From contig CM074813.1 in assembly GCA_037447605.1 (NCBI GenBank), forward strand, positions 2,046,001-2,110,000: a stretch of DNA of 64,000 bases, written 5' to 3'. The notes beneath the pieces were generated by a model. The model saw only the letters and a program-made list of their open reading frames with translations. It was not told the DNA's origin and did not search any database. Numbering within the stretch: the first letter of the stretch is position 1; every line of letters starts with the position of its first letter. The stretch is from Zygnema circumcarinatum SAG 698-1b (lineage: Eukaryota; Plantae; Zygnematophyceae). Shown piece by piece: positions 1 to 10,868 of the stretch. A program made the position numbers and the translations under genes.

Positions 1-119
1 GATTTTATAACACATGATCCTGTATCTTTGGGTGTAAAAGTGAGTGTTAGCTGCAAAATTAGTATATGGTGGAGATCATGGCCCTTCTACCGATGAAAAG
101 GCGACTTAGGCAAGTTATC

Positions 120-470
120 TTTTGCTACGCTTTCGCGTTCGTATTACGTTGACATTGGCGTTTTAGATTGCAAAAATTTGCGTTACAGATTACGCGTTCT
201 GGCATACGCGTTCTGGAGTTACCGTTCTGCGTTAGCGTTTTGTATTTTCGCGTTACTGCGTTACGCATTTGCAATCACGTATTACGCGTTTTTAGTTACG
301 TGATGCATTTCGTTAAGATTCTGCGTCTGGCGTTAGCGTTACTGCGTTACTGCGTTACGCGTTTTGTGTGTGCGTTTTGCGTTCTGGGTGCGTTACTGCG
401 TTGCGTCTTTGCGGTGCGGGTGCGTTTTGGGTGCGTTCTGGCGTTACGCGTTAGCGTTGTTTCGAACGAC
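120..470. repeat. Degenerate GCGTT/TTACGCGTT low-complexity array
   Basis: Dozens of imperfect gcgtt/ttacgc units; the 140-aa ORF 168..590 is an artefact of this array. Confidence 0.8.
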
Positions 471-578
471 ACTATAACCACTCTTGGCGCGTCTCGCCTG
501 CTCACTCGCCTGCGCTCTCCCCCACTCCCCCCTCACTATCACTCCCTACAAATGTCTTTTAGTTTTTTGTGTCTACAG

Positions 579-1800
579 GATGTTCATTGATCCTAAACGA
601 GGGACTGTTAAGTATAAACTAGCGCTTTCAGACTTTCAAAAGTTAATTAAGGTATGGGGTCATTCAACAACGAAACATATTTAAAGTATGGTAGTATGGT
701 AGCTACAGCAAAAGCAATGATGCTTTGAGGAGATGACCCGAAAGGGTGGTCGGTTGGTCGGTCATTTATTGATGATATGTTCCTGACGGTATTGTGTCGA
801 GATGTCTTGTGCAGGTGTGTGGTCAATAAGTGGGAGAAAGCTGGGAGGGGCTTACGGTCAAGTATGGAACTCACTTTGTTGTTCGGATCCGAATTTTTCT
901 TGATGCGTGGATGGATATCGCGATATTTGTTCCTTGAGGTTGGGTGTATGTGAGAAGGAGCACTCCTCTCGGATGCTTGAGACAGCTACACTTTGGTGAT
1001 ACAAGAAACATCGATCAGTATTATTATTTGTGTATTTTTGTTTTATATTTTTACTTGTGAATGTATTGTTTCGTTTTATTGGCCAACGTTGTTTGTTGTT
1101 GATTTCTTGAGGAGTCCTGAAACACTTATTGTTTCCGTCAAAGCTCAGCTGAGGTTGAAATGTGTAGTGAAGCCTTGTCGAAGTTAAGTAGAAAAAAATG
1201 GGTGGCTTGGCTTAGATACCAGTTGTTCGGGGAACGCTGCGCGTATTAGTGGCTGGCAAACGAGGGAATGTTTACGTGGCATGGCTGCTTGTGGGTTTGA
1301 TCAAATCCAGGTGGCAGGGAGGTGGGGCCCAGCTTCAAATAAATCCCTTGCAATCAATTACCTTTCTTCGATTGTCCCTCCAGTCTGTAGGGTGCTTGCA
1401 GGATTCAAAAAAGAAGGCGATGATTATTTTTTGGAGCGTTCTTGTCTTAAACCAAATGAAGCGCTTGTGAATATGGTTTTCAAGATTTCTTCCGGAACGC
1501 TTGAAGGCCCCTAACATGCAGCGAGGTAATGACATATAAATACTGCGTGGATCTTTTTAGGTACGGAAATGAGAGAAAGAGGTGTGAAAAGAGATTGAGA
1601 GGGGAGGGGGAAAAGGGTTAGCGTTATGTGTTTTTATGTGTAGGTTCTTCCGTGGAGTGCACTTTTTAAGTCCCGGAATCTTTTGGTGAGGAGGCTTTGT
1701 GGGCATCTTGCGTTATTTTCGTGTGTTTATTGCAAGATGATGCATCGTTCGTTCCATAAATTCCATTGTTCGCGAGATAAATCCCGTTCTTCCAGCCCGG
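579..1800 (+). mobile_element. Decayed Crypton-like (NDC10 domain II / tyrosine recombinase) coding relic, frameshifted, probably with introns
   Basis: Motifs read across frames in the expected order: FIDPKRGTV (580-); AMML*GDD (714-737, TGA where the LRGE Arg would be); cgg gga ac gct gcg cgt, RG.AAR (~1228-1244); DQIQVAGRW..SLAINYLSSIVPPVCRVLAGFKKEGDDYFLERSCLKPNEALVNMVF (1299-1480); GFVGILRYFRV/LLQDDA..IPFFQ (1693-1797). These resemble the fungal CryptonF/NDC10_II pattern as I remember it. Confidence 0.65.
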
Positions 1801-2819
1801 TGGCAGTAAGGTATGAGTATCAAGGTTATTCACTAGCTTTTTTTTGTTCTTGGCCACTTTTTTGACTGCTGCTTGGTGCTCACTTTCTCTGCTTACCAGC
1901 TGGCTGGCTGTAACTCTACATTTTAAATTTGTTTTCTTATTGTTGAGAAAACACTGCTACAGCTGCTGTTGCTACTGCTGCTATGTTTTCTGCTGCGACT
2001 GCTTCTTTTTTCGCTTTTGTTGTGTTGCTGCTGTTGGTGATGCTGTTGTTGTGGGCGGATTGGAGGTGGAGGCGGAGAGTAAGAAGGAGGAAGGGGGCTT
2101 CATTAACGGGGTGAGGCGGACGTCGCCTGTCTTGAGGTTGTTATTTCAGTGAAGAAGTTCTCAATTTTGCGAGAGCGGCCAGGATCGAGGGGGGGAGGAA
2201 GAAGGAGGCCTTTGACAGGATCCAAGCTAAGACAACACAATCTCAGTCATGGACTCGAACTATGGTGAGTAAAACCATGCTGCATCACTCTCATCACTCT
2301 CATCTCTCTAGTGTATCAAACAAAATTGTATTGATATCCTCATTACAGTCCTACTTTTCACACTAGTTGTACAGTTTTCAAGTGTCAACTTTTTTGTTGA
2401 TTTATGGNNNNNNNNNNGGAGGGAGGGAGGGAGGGAGGGAGGGAGGGAGGGAGGGAGGGAAGGAGGGAGGGAGGAGGAGAGAGGGAGGCGACTCGAGAGA
2501 GAAAGTGGACCCTGGGCCAGGCTCAGGAAGAGTGCCTTCCCCCACCCACCTCTACCTCCCTCTCCTTCCCCCTTTCCCTTTCTTTCAGCATTTACTACTT
2601 CCTCCCTCTTTGTTACATTCCTTGGCATTGCATAACTGGGAACCACTGTCCATGGTCCTATCTCGCCATCACTTGCTGGTAAAACATGGGCGTCTGCGTG
2701 AGAGACCAAATTTTTCTTTTCGCCGATAGTCACATAAATAGAGCGAGATAGTGGGGGAGGGACGAGCAGCAGCAGCCACAGCAGGCAAAGGCAAAGAAAC
2801 ACAGCCTCACGGAACCAAT

Positions 2820-3130
2820 CGCAACAACCAAACAATCCAAAAAAACCGCGCAACCCGACACAACCAAAGGCAAACGAACACAGCGAAGCACAAACAAACA
2901 CATACAAAACCAGACAGGTGCAATCTTATGCAAAACCATGCAATCAATCACAACCTCGCGCATCCGTATGCGAACAAACACACAAAATACATATAAAGCG
3001 AAAGAACACAACTAAACACATGCATACACAATCACACGCAAACATACGCAACCAAATATGACCACACACAAGTAGACGTGAACAACCGCAACCACACAAC
3101 CAAACTCAAACGTAACACATGTTAGACAAT
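2820..3130. repeat. AC-rich low-complexity array (aacaca/acgcaa units)
   Basis: Strongly A/C-skewed degenerate repeats ending just before an N gap at 3150. Confidence 0.7.
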
Positions 3131-3544
3131 GAATATTGCATGATTCCCTNNNNNNNNNNGCACCACGTAGGCGCCACATAGGCGCCACGTCGGACAACCG
3201 ATTCAGTCGTCGCATCGTGACCGCACATTGAGCGTGCGAAGCAAAATCGACGGCAGGCGGCGCGCTGCAGGAAGTTAGTGAAACTCTTGCTACTTTCGAT
3301 CCCTGCAGCGAATGCGCACGTCCGTACCATGGTTTTCCGCTGCACCGAGCCGCGTTTTTTGCGGCCCCAACGCTGCAGGCACGTGTGGAGCATAGTGAAT
3401 ACCCCTGTGGAACGGTGCCTCGTTACCACGTGGCAGCCACGTCGGCGCCACGTTGGCGGAAACGGCCTCATGGAACCCATGGGTCGGCCTCCATTACGAC
3501 GCCACGTCGTAATAACGGGCTGATGGAAACCCACCCTAAGCCCG

Positions 3545-3682
3545 TAACAGCTAGTACAGCTAGTACGACTAGTACAAACAGTACGGACAGTACGAACACT
3601 ACGGCTACAGTAACACAAAGTTGCCGTACAAAAAGGTGGTTTCGGCAAAATCGGGGCGAATTTCTTGGGGACGCACTCCTCA
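3545..3682 (+). repeat. GTAC-rich terminal module A, directly repeated at ~5484-5582 and more loosely at ~4125-4243
   Basis: cacaaagttgccgtacaaaaaggtggtttcggcaaaatcggggcgaatttcttggggacgcact recurs nearly identically at 5514-5577; a third copy ends ttcttggggacacaatgta (4222-4240). Confidence 0.8.
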
Positions 3683-4428
3683 GGGCGGTAAATACGAGGA
3701 CTGTTGACCAGGGTTCTTCAAATAGGGGATTTCGGCTTAAGATAGGGGACTGTCCCCTAACTTGGTTTTGTAAAAACACGTACAGTCAACAGTCCTCATA
3801 TTTTCGCCATGGTTTTGGCAAATATAGAGGCAAAATATGATTTTGCAAAATAGAGATATTCGTGATGTTACCAATAGACCTTGTGGCATTATGTTAGAGT
3901 TCATGTTGGAGCGTCGCATTATCATGCATTACCATACATTTACCATATCGTGCGTGTAAAATTTAAGCATCGTGCTCGCATCGTGCCCATGCTCGTGGCA
4001 ACATAAGGCGTGGCTTTCCGGCTATGTGTCGTATATCGTGTCGAAGCCGAGAAGAAGAAGAAGCGAGGGCGCCTCTTGAGCGGCACGTGCGGGAACCAGG
4101 TGAGTTTTTCGTGTAGTTCCGTAGCGCTAGTACAGCTAGTACAGATAGTACGGCTAGCAAACAGTACAATGGTTACACTAACAGCCGAGTTCCGTCAGAG
4201 GGTGATTGGGGGATCGACAACTTCTTGGGGACACAATGTACAGATGGAAACTGAGGCTTCTAGTGCAAATGTGGATTGTACGGACGGAGAGCCGTACACG
4301 TGCGGGCGGGACAGAATGTTTCATGTTGCTTGCCGTTTGCCTCTAGCACGCGCTTGCCTCTTGGGCGCTTGCCTCTTGGGCGCTTGCCTTGCTCCTTGTC
4401 TGTTTGCTCGCTTGCCTGCCTCATTTAC

Positions 4429-4537
4429 ACCTCGGTTTTTTAGCGTGAACTGCGTCATTGAAGAATATGAAGGTGGCGAAGTTCCAACCTCGATTTTTTA
4501 GCGTGAACTGCGTCATTGAATAAGATGAAAGTGGTGA
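4429..4537. repeat. 58-bp tandem duplication (about two copies)
   Basis: acctcg(g/a)ttttttagcgtgaactgcgtcattgaa starts at 4429 and again at 4487. Confidence 0.85.
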
Positions 4538-4643
4538 TGTAACGAACGGTATAAATGGAGTGTATGACCTAGTACTTACATCCGCGGTTGCCTTTTAATG
4601 GTAAAGCACTTAGGTGAATACCGGGAGGTCCTGAGATCAAACC

Positions 4644-5340
4644 TTGCTGGAGGCGGGTTTGTTACAAGTGAAGTTCCAGCGTGGCCATAACAACAAGTTT
4701 GGTCTCAAGATCACTGGTAGGGACCCGACAGCAGGCTTTGTAACTTCTCTTGTGTGTCGTTTTTGCCTCGCTTTTGGGCGAGAAGAAAAAGTTAGCGCTA
4801 AGAGGAAATGTACGTCTCACCCAAAGTACTTTGATTCCTTCCGATCAGACAATTATGTGCAGCATCTTCATCAACAACATCCGTTAAAGTAGGTTGAGTA
4901 CGAGGAATTGAAATCACCATCAGAACGTGACTCATTTTTCAAGGATGTGGACCCACCTTTTGCCAATACTTTGAATGCTCATTTCGAAGGTGCTAGATTG
5001 TTGCAGTTCACCATCGACAAATCAATAGTCGATGTAATTATTGGAGAGATGCTTTTCCATCCGGATGACTTGGAAGGAGTTAGTGTACAACGTGCTCTAA
5101 GCTTGTTTACCCAAACTGTACTTAGGGACCAGGAGCAGCAAGAAGAAGGAAATCACCAAGAAGCATACTTAGTAGAGATCAGAACACCGAAACGATTTTC
5201 ACTTTTAGTTGGTTGTGTTGCTCTTGGAGCTTCATTTCGACAAGCTACTCGCATAGTCCAACTTGTACGGGATGAAAGTGGCTTAACCATTTATAGTGGT
5301 TGCACTGATGGTATGGCAGCAAATTACACTCGGGTTGCTT
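4644..5340 (+). pseudogene. hAT-like transposase N-terminal fragment (BED-type zinc finger); catalytic domain missing
   Basis: ORFs 4644-4892 and 4908-5471 are in frame and separated by one TAG (HPLK*VEYEEL, plausibly TGG>TAG). CRFC...HLHQQH fits a BED finger. Protein-like sequence ends ~5340 (YTRVAF), where the terminal sequence begins. Confidence 0.6.
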
Positions 5341-5580
5341 TTGCAAAAAAATGTTTTTTTGAGACTTGTGTGGTATTTAAGTTGAAATCACGTAAACTAA
5401 TCTCAAAATCTTACATAAATAAGCTATTTACGATATTTAGGGGATCTCCCCTATTTGAAGAACCCTGTTGACTGTAGTAAGGCGAGTACGAACAGTACGG
5501 ATGGTACGGCTAACACAAAGTTACCGTACAAAAAGGTGATTTTGGCAAAATCGGGGCGAATTTCTTGGGGACGCACTGTA

Positions 5581-5648
5581 CAGGGTGGAAAATATTAAGG
5601 GGGGGTACTGTAGCAATAAAGTACCCCCCCCCTAATATTTTTGCCATG
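5581..5648. mobile_element. Small hairpin / MITE-like element
   Basis: aaaatattaagggggggtact ... agtaccccccccctaatatttt arms around a 10-nt loop; outer ends cagggtgg / gccatg match those of the 3681-3811 hairpin. Confidence 0.6.
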
Positions 5649-6497
5649 GTTTCAACCGATATTAGGAGGATATTACCGAGGAGCATTCTGTTGTGAGGTC
5701 ATTCCTCCGTCTGCCATGGACTTAGCCCCGTCTTCCGCTGACTTAAGCCTCTCACATCCAAAGCCATGGGCTCTGAAGCCTCAAATTCACCTGCTGATAA
5801 CATCGTCTCAGTTTTCCTCCTCAAAAGAAGCTGATTATGATCCAACCCTCTGCCTGCAGGGGACAGAAAGTGCGTCTATAAGGAAAGAAAGCTGCTTCAA
5901 CGCACATAAACTAGAAGAGATGCATCAGGAACTCTTTCTAATGCTCTTTGACGTCCTCCCTCCTGTAAGCATAGTACTTAAAAGGAAAGGAAAAAAAAAA
6001 ACCGCAAATGCTTTTACTCACTTCGTACATGTGCACGCTCACATCCCTTTCAGTTGATCCATAGTCAATTTCCACATCCTTCATGCCTGGCATTTTTGCG
6101 TGTCTACTTATGCGGCCCTCATCTACTTCTTCGTCTTTCCTTCTCTGCCTTTGCCTGTTGTTATCACCGTCCTCCCTCCCATCTTCAGATTTGTTTCTCC
6201 TTTGAAAATATGTGTCATTACATGGATGGCCATGAGAGGGATCGAACCCATCCGTCTCCGTTCTTGAAGCGGAGACCAAGAGGCAAGAAAAGATGTGCAG
6301 ATTTTAATTCTCTGCCAAAAATTTGCAAGCTTACCTATGAGAACTGCACTTCCCACTGCACTTCCAAGTGAGAACTGCACTTCCCATGCGCTTTGGAATA
6401 GCTTTCTTAAAAACCGAGAGTTTATCGAGGTGCTGCAGCTTCGTCTCCTCAATTTAAGGGTCGAATAAAAGCAAAACACAACAAGAACCTCAAGAGC

Positions 6498-6722
6498 TGT
6501 TAGTGTTAGTGTGCTATAGTTATGGGTTCACACTAACATTGTTGTGGTCCTCAGTTGGGAAACATGAGATCTGCTAGTAGTAGTCCTAGGAAATACGGTC
6601 GGGCCAAATGTCGGTGGCCCGTACGCTTTTCGGGCGCGGAGAATGTCGGTGATGTCGGCGGACCCGCGTCAGACCCTTAGCGCGGTCCGCGGACTGTGAC
6701 GAGGTCAACTACGGAGGAGACC
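6498..6722 (+). repeat. 5' LTR (partial, runs into the gap)
   Basis: First ~125 bp nearly identical to 8715-8846 apart from a 9-bp indel and one C>T; noisier alignment afterwards. Confidence 0.9.
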
Positions 6723-6931
6723 NNNNNNNNNNCTCAGGTCCCGGTTTTGGAGGAGATCAGCACGCCGGAGAGCGCAGGAGCTGACTCGGGAGCAACACCG
6801 AACGTCGAGGCGGAGGCGGGAGTCGAACCCGAAGTACCGCAAGCCGGGGAGCCGGAGAAATCGACGGAGACGGCTCCACTACACACTCACCTGTCGGATG
6901 AGGAAGACTCGGTCGAAACTGTACCTTTGAC

Positions 6932-8698
6932 GTGGTAGGAAATCAGGGACTGGAGATGGCCGAGATACCCATGAGGCAAAAGGATGCCTCCGGGTTTGTT
7001 CCCGGAATTTTCTTCAACTCGAGGAGTGGGAGAACGCAAGGACCGCGGAGGAGCACCCGTGTGGTGAGGAGGCCTGAACGATACAGGCCGTCGCAGACTA
7101 ACCTGATGCAGGAGAGAGTGCCTACGGACTCTGCTGACCTCGCAGGAGTTGCCCACTGCTACATGATCACTGAGCCGCAAACCTTCGAGGAGGCTCACGA
7201 TGGGGTCGATGGAGCGAAGTGGCGAGCAGCGATCGATAGCGAGTGGAATAGTCTGATAGAGAACGGGACGTGGCGAGTGGAGAAGCTGCCGAAGGGAAGG
7301 AGAGCCATTGGATGCAAGTGGGTGTTCAAGATGAAGCGGAAGGCGGACGGGAGTGTCGACCGTTACAAGGCGCGGCTGGTGGCAAAGGGATACAGCCAGA
7401 AGTACGGAATCGACTACATGGAGACTTTTGCCCCGGTGGTGAAGTTTAACTCCCTCCGTGCCCTAATTTTGATCGCAGCTGCTGAGGGGATGCATGTCCA
7501 TCAGGCCACACATCAGATCTGCTCCCTGCACGGAGATCTCGTGAGGAGATCTACATGGGCAGCCGAAAGAAACTGTCCGAGGCAGCAGCATCTCGTCGTC
7601 GCGCAGTAAGAGCCCACGGGCTCAAGAGGGCACCCAGGATCTGGACAAGAAGATTGACGACTTCCGAGGAGAAACAGATTTGCGCGCTTTGAGACGGATC
7701 ATTCCGTCTACCGACAAGGAGAGGAGGGAGATCTCATGTACGTTGGGATCTACGTGGATGACCTCATTATGGTGAGTCTCTCACTTGAGAGAATCAATGA
7801 TCTGAAGAAGCTTTTGCAAGCTAACTTCCAGATGTCGGATCTAGGGGAGGCGCAGTATCTCCTGGGGATACAGCTGAAGAGGGGGCAGGACGGAAGTCTG
7901 TTCCTAAGTCAGAAGAAGTACGCCGCGGATGTACTTGCGAGATTCAATATGGAGGAGTGCAGACCGTGCACCAGCCCGATGGAGATCGGCGCGAGATTGT
8001 CGAAGATATGGTAGCCCGCGACGGACGCCTGGCGCATGTACGGAGCCGCAGCAGTCTGGCCATCGGAGTTCATGACCTATGATCGAGATCTCGACGACTG
8101 GACGGAAGCTGTGAGCGCGTGAGTCATTCCTTATGGGAGAATCCTGGCCCTGAGAGTTGAAGGCTGGAAGCGAACTTTCGGCTCACGCACCTTGCAGACG
8201 AATCCTCACCGAGAGAGGGCCGAACAGAGTCATCGGGTACACCGACTCTGACTGGGGAGGTGACGTGGACACATCGCGATCGACCTCCGGATTTGTTTAC
8301 CTGAACGCAGGTGGAGCGATCTCATGGAGCTCGAAGCTACAGGATTCGGTTGCGTTGTCTAGCACCGAAGGCGAGTACATGGGAGCATGTCACGCAGCGA
8401 AGGAGGGAGTTTGGTTCCAACATTCTTTGATGAGTGTAAGAGGCCACAACGTCCTTTGACTTTGTTCACGGATAACCAGTCGTCCATTGCTCTTGTTGAA
8501 AACTCTGTGTTTCATAAGAGAACAAAGCACATCAGAGTGCAATACCATTTTGTGCGAGAATTGGTAGAGGAGGGGATGATTGTTGTGAAGTTCGTGGGGA
8601 CGAAGGAGCAGGCTGCGGATATGTTGACTAAGGGAGTTAGCGGGGAGACACTACTAGTGAATAGCAGACTCATTGGGCTAGGGCCCATGAGGAACTGA
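6932..8698 (+). pseudogene. Copia reverse transcriptase and RNase H, frameshifted
   Basis: EPQTFEEA, AIGCKWVFKMKRKADGSVDRYKARLVAKGYSQKYGIDYMETFAPV, IYVDDL, GYTDSDWGGD..RSTSG, ISWSSKLQ..VALSSTEGEY, DNQS, HKRTKHI, ADMLTK. Confidence 0.95.
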
Positions 8699-8714
8699 GT
8701 CCCAAGAGGGGGAT

Positions 8715-9659
8715 TGTTAGTGTTAGTGTGCTATAGTTAGACATTGTATGGGTTCACACTAACATTGTTGTGGTCCTCAGTTGGGAAACATGAGATCTGC
8801 TAGTAGTAGTCCTAGGAAATATGGTCGGGCCAAATGTCGGTGGCCATCGCTCTCCGGGCGAGATGTCGGTGCATGTCGTGAATCCCACGCCAGACCTCAC
8901 GCGGCCGCACCGGACCGCTGAGCAGGTCACTACGGGAGGAGGTCGAAGCAGACCCACGTGGCAAGTGAACGGCGCAGATGACCCCCACGGCAGATTGCGC
9001 CTATGGCGCCCACTGTGTACCATGCTGCGACATTGAGCATGTGCGTGGGTTGCGCATGGTGCACTTGGATCGGGAATGGGCCAATGTCTGTCACTGACGA
9101 CAAGTTCAGATGGGCGGCGGAAATGTACGGACGGCTGCAACGAGGTCGGCGCGGAAGGTCACGAGGACTTGATGCTGATGCTTGACGTGTCGCCGTGCCG
9201 ACGCACCAGGGCGGGCGTGACGTGACACCGGTCAACAAGTAAGATGTCACGTAACGCGGCCATGGCGGTATAAGTGATTAGCTTTACTATGTAGGATAAC
9301 CACATTAGACTACTGTAGTCCCGTGACTTATTCTGTGCCTGCTCGTGTTGCTGGGCTGCCCTGCTTGTGTCGCAAGGTAGTGAGTAAGGGGAGAAGTAGC
9401 TAGTGAGAGGGGGAGAACTTCATGTGGGTGACATTCTTATTATAAAGGAGTTTTAGAGCCGTGAGCTTTCTCCTACACTCTCTCGTGTGTGATTTCCGCT
9501 GTGCTTGTCTCTTCGTTCATTCTGTGAGTTATGGGCTATGAGTGAATTGAGATAGAGTGAGAGAGAGTGAAGATGTCTTCATCGGTGGGAACCGGAGTTC
9601 CAATGGAGGGCGACACGCGAGGTGGCGCCGGGAGCAGTGAGCAGATCCACGCTCCAACA
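8715..9659 (+). repeat. 3' LTR (~945 bp)
   Basis: Follows the PPT; TG...CA termini; followed by the TSD. Confidence 0.9.
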
Positions 9660-10193
9660 AGAGCAAGTGGATGAGCTAAACGGGAAGGTGAAGGATGTGT
9701 AGTCACTTCAAGGGGAGTTGGCAACTTTGAAGATTCAGAGTGCAAAGTTGAAGGCAGAATAGATGCAAAAAGGAATAGAGTATGATGTTCTCCGCAAAGA
9801 ATATGCACTTCGATGACGTAGAAAAAGAAGAAGAAGACGAAGAAGTCAAGCAAGAGGTTGTAAGGACTAGAAAAAAGCGGGGTCGAGCGCCAACAGTCAA
9901 AGCTTTGACAGGATGAAGATGAGGAGGAACGAAAGCTCACTAAGGAGCATGCTAAAATAGTGCTTTGCTAAATATAGAGCGGCAAGTTGAGTAGAAGTCA
10001 CACACTTTGCAGCAATGAATGGCTTTCAAGATGATTAGGACCTCAAATTAGACAACATCGGCACTGCTCCGTGCCATTGCACGAAGCGAACGCCGTGATC
10101 AGAGGACAAAGCGATTGCCACCAAAAAATTGTGCACGGAGGAGTGCCATCAGTTGCAAAGAGTAACGCCAACCGTTGCCATCTTATAATTCAA

Positions 10194-10868
10194 CACTGGA
10201 TGCCAATGTGCAGCGCGAGCCGACCCATGTTATACCACCTCGGCCGACTTCAACGGGCGAGCGCAATGTGCGGCCCGACCTTGCTCTTTTGGACGGCGCG
10301 CGACGTATTTTTGGGGACGTCGTATTGGCTGATCCGACTCGCCGTGCTTTGTTATCCCGTGCCGCACACCACGAGGGTGTCGCTGCCCGCGAAGCGGCCC
10401 TTCGTAAGGTGCGCGCGTATGCTCACCGCGACTCGGCCGATGAGTTTGTTCCATTGGCGGTCGAAATTTTTGGCTGCCTTGATGCTCGGTTGGAAGTCTT
10501 CCTTCGCCAGTGCGCCCATCGCTCCTTCGAGATGCACGGCCCCGGAAGCCCTCCCCCAGCGATCCTTACAACTTTTTATCGACAGCGCATTTCCGTCGCC
10601 TTACAGCGGTGTCTTGCTTCCACGATCCTTCGACGTGCCGCCGACGGGACCCGTCCCGGTGGTCTTCCGCCCCTTCCCGCGCGTACTGCGCCCCACATTG
10701 GCGACCTTCGCGGCTGCTTCTAGTGCCGTGTTGTTGCGCCTAGAAGTTGATTTCCGTTTCAAGGCTTTCTCTTGGTCCTTATGTCCGTTGTGACCGTTTC
10801 TTTTGGTTCCTTATGTCGATTTTCTCCATGTACATTTGATGGCCTTGCCATCGTGAGTTCAATCAAAC
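10194..10868 (+). mobile_element. 5'-truncated non-LTR retrotransposon with restriction-like endonuclease C-terminus (CRE/NeSL-like)
   Basis: ORF 10175-10723: VQREP..RPDL..GDVVLADP..AALRKVRAY..FVPLAVEIFG..FYRQRISVALQR, the PD..D-x-K RLE tail of site-specific non-LTR elements, followed by a T-rich 3' UTR. Confidence 0.8.

Larger units (their letters stand above)
3709..5467 (+). mobile_element. Non-autonomous hAT-like DNA transposon (internal deletion derivative) with 21-bp TIRs
   Basis: Perfect inverted repeats cagggttcttcaaatagggga (3709-3729) and tcccctatttgaagaaccctg (5447-5467); ttgac flanks both sides; encloses a transposase fragment. Confidence 0.75.
6498..9659 (+). mobile_element. Ty1/copia LTR retrotransposon; gag, protease and integrase fall in or are lost at the N gap 6723-6732
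   Basis: Starts TGTT (6498) and ends AACA (9659); 5-bp TSD AGAGC at 6493-6497 and 9660-9664; LTR start repeated at 6498 and 8715; polypurine tract aagagggggat just before 8715; copia RT and RNase H motifs. Confidence 0.95.

Noticed and set aside
2050-2115. DWRWRRRVRRRK as a GCR1_C domain of the Crypton relic
   Set aside because: Too short, and in purine-rich low-complexity sequence; the resemblance could be chance.
7490-8200. Clustered frameshifts in the copia RT as programmed frameshifting or true decay
   Set aside because: Dense 1-nt losses confined to two patches, with intact sequence between them and similar noise near the gap in the 5' LTR, look like error-prone gap-fill sequence. Reads are needed to judge.
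9528-9537. gttatgggc as a half-tRNA-Met primer binding site starting a second tandem element
   Set aside because: It lies inside the 3' LTR, which continues to AACA plus the TSD at 9659-9664.
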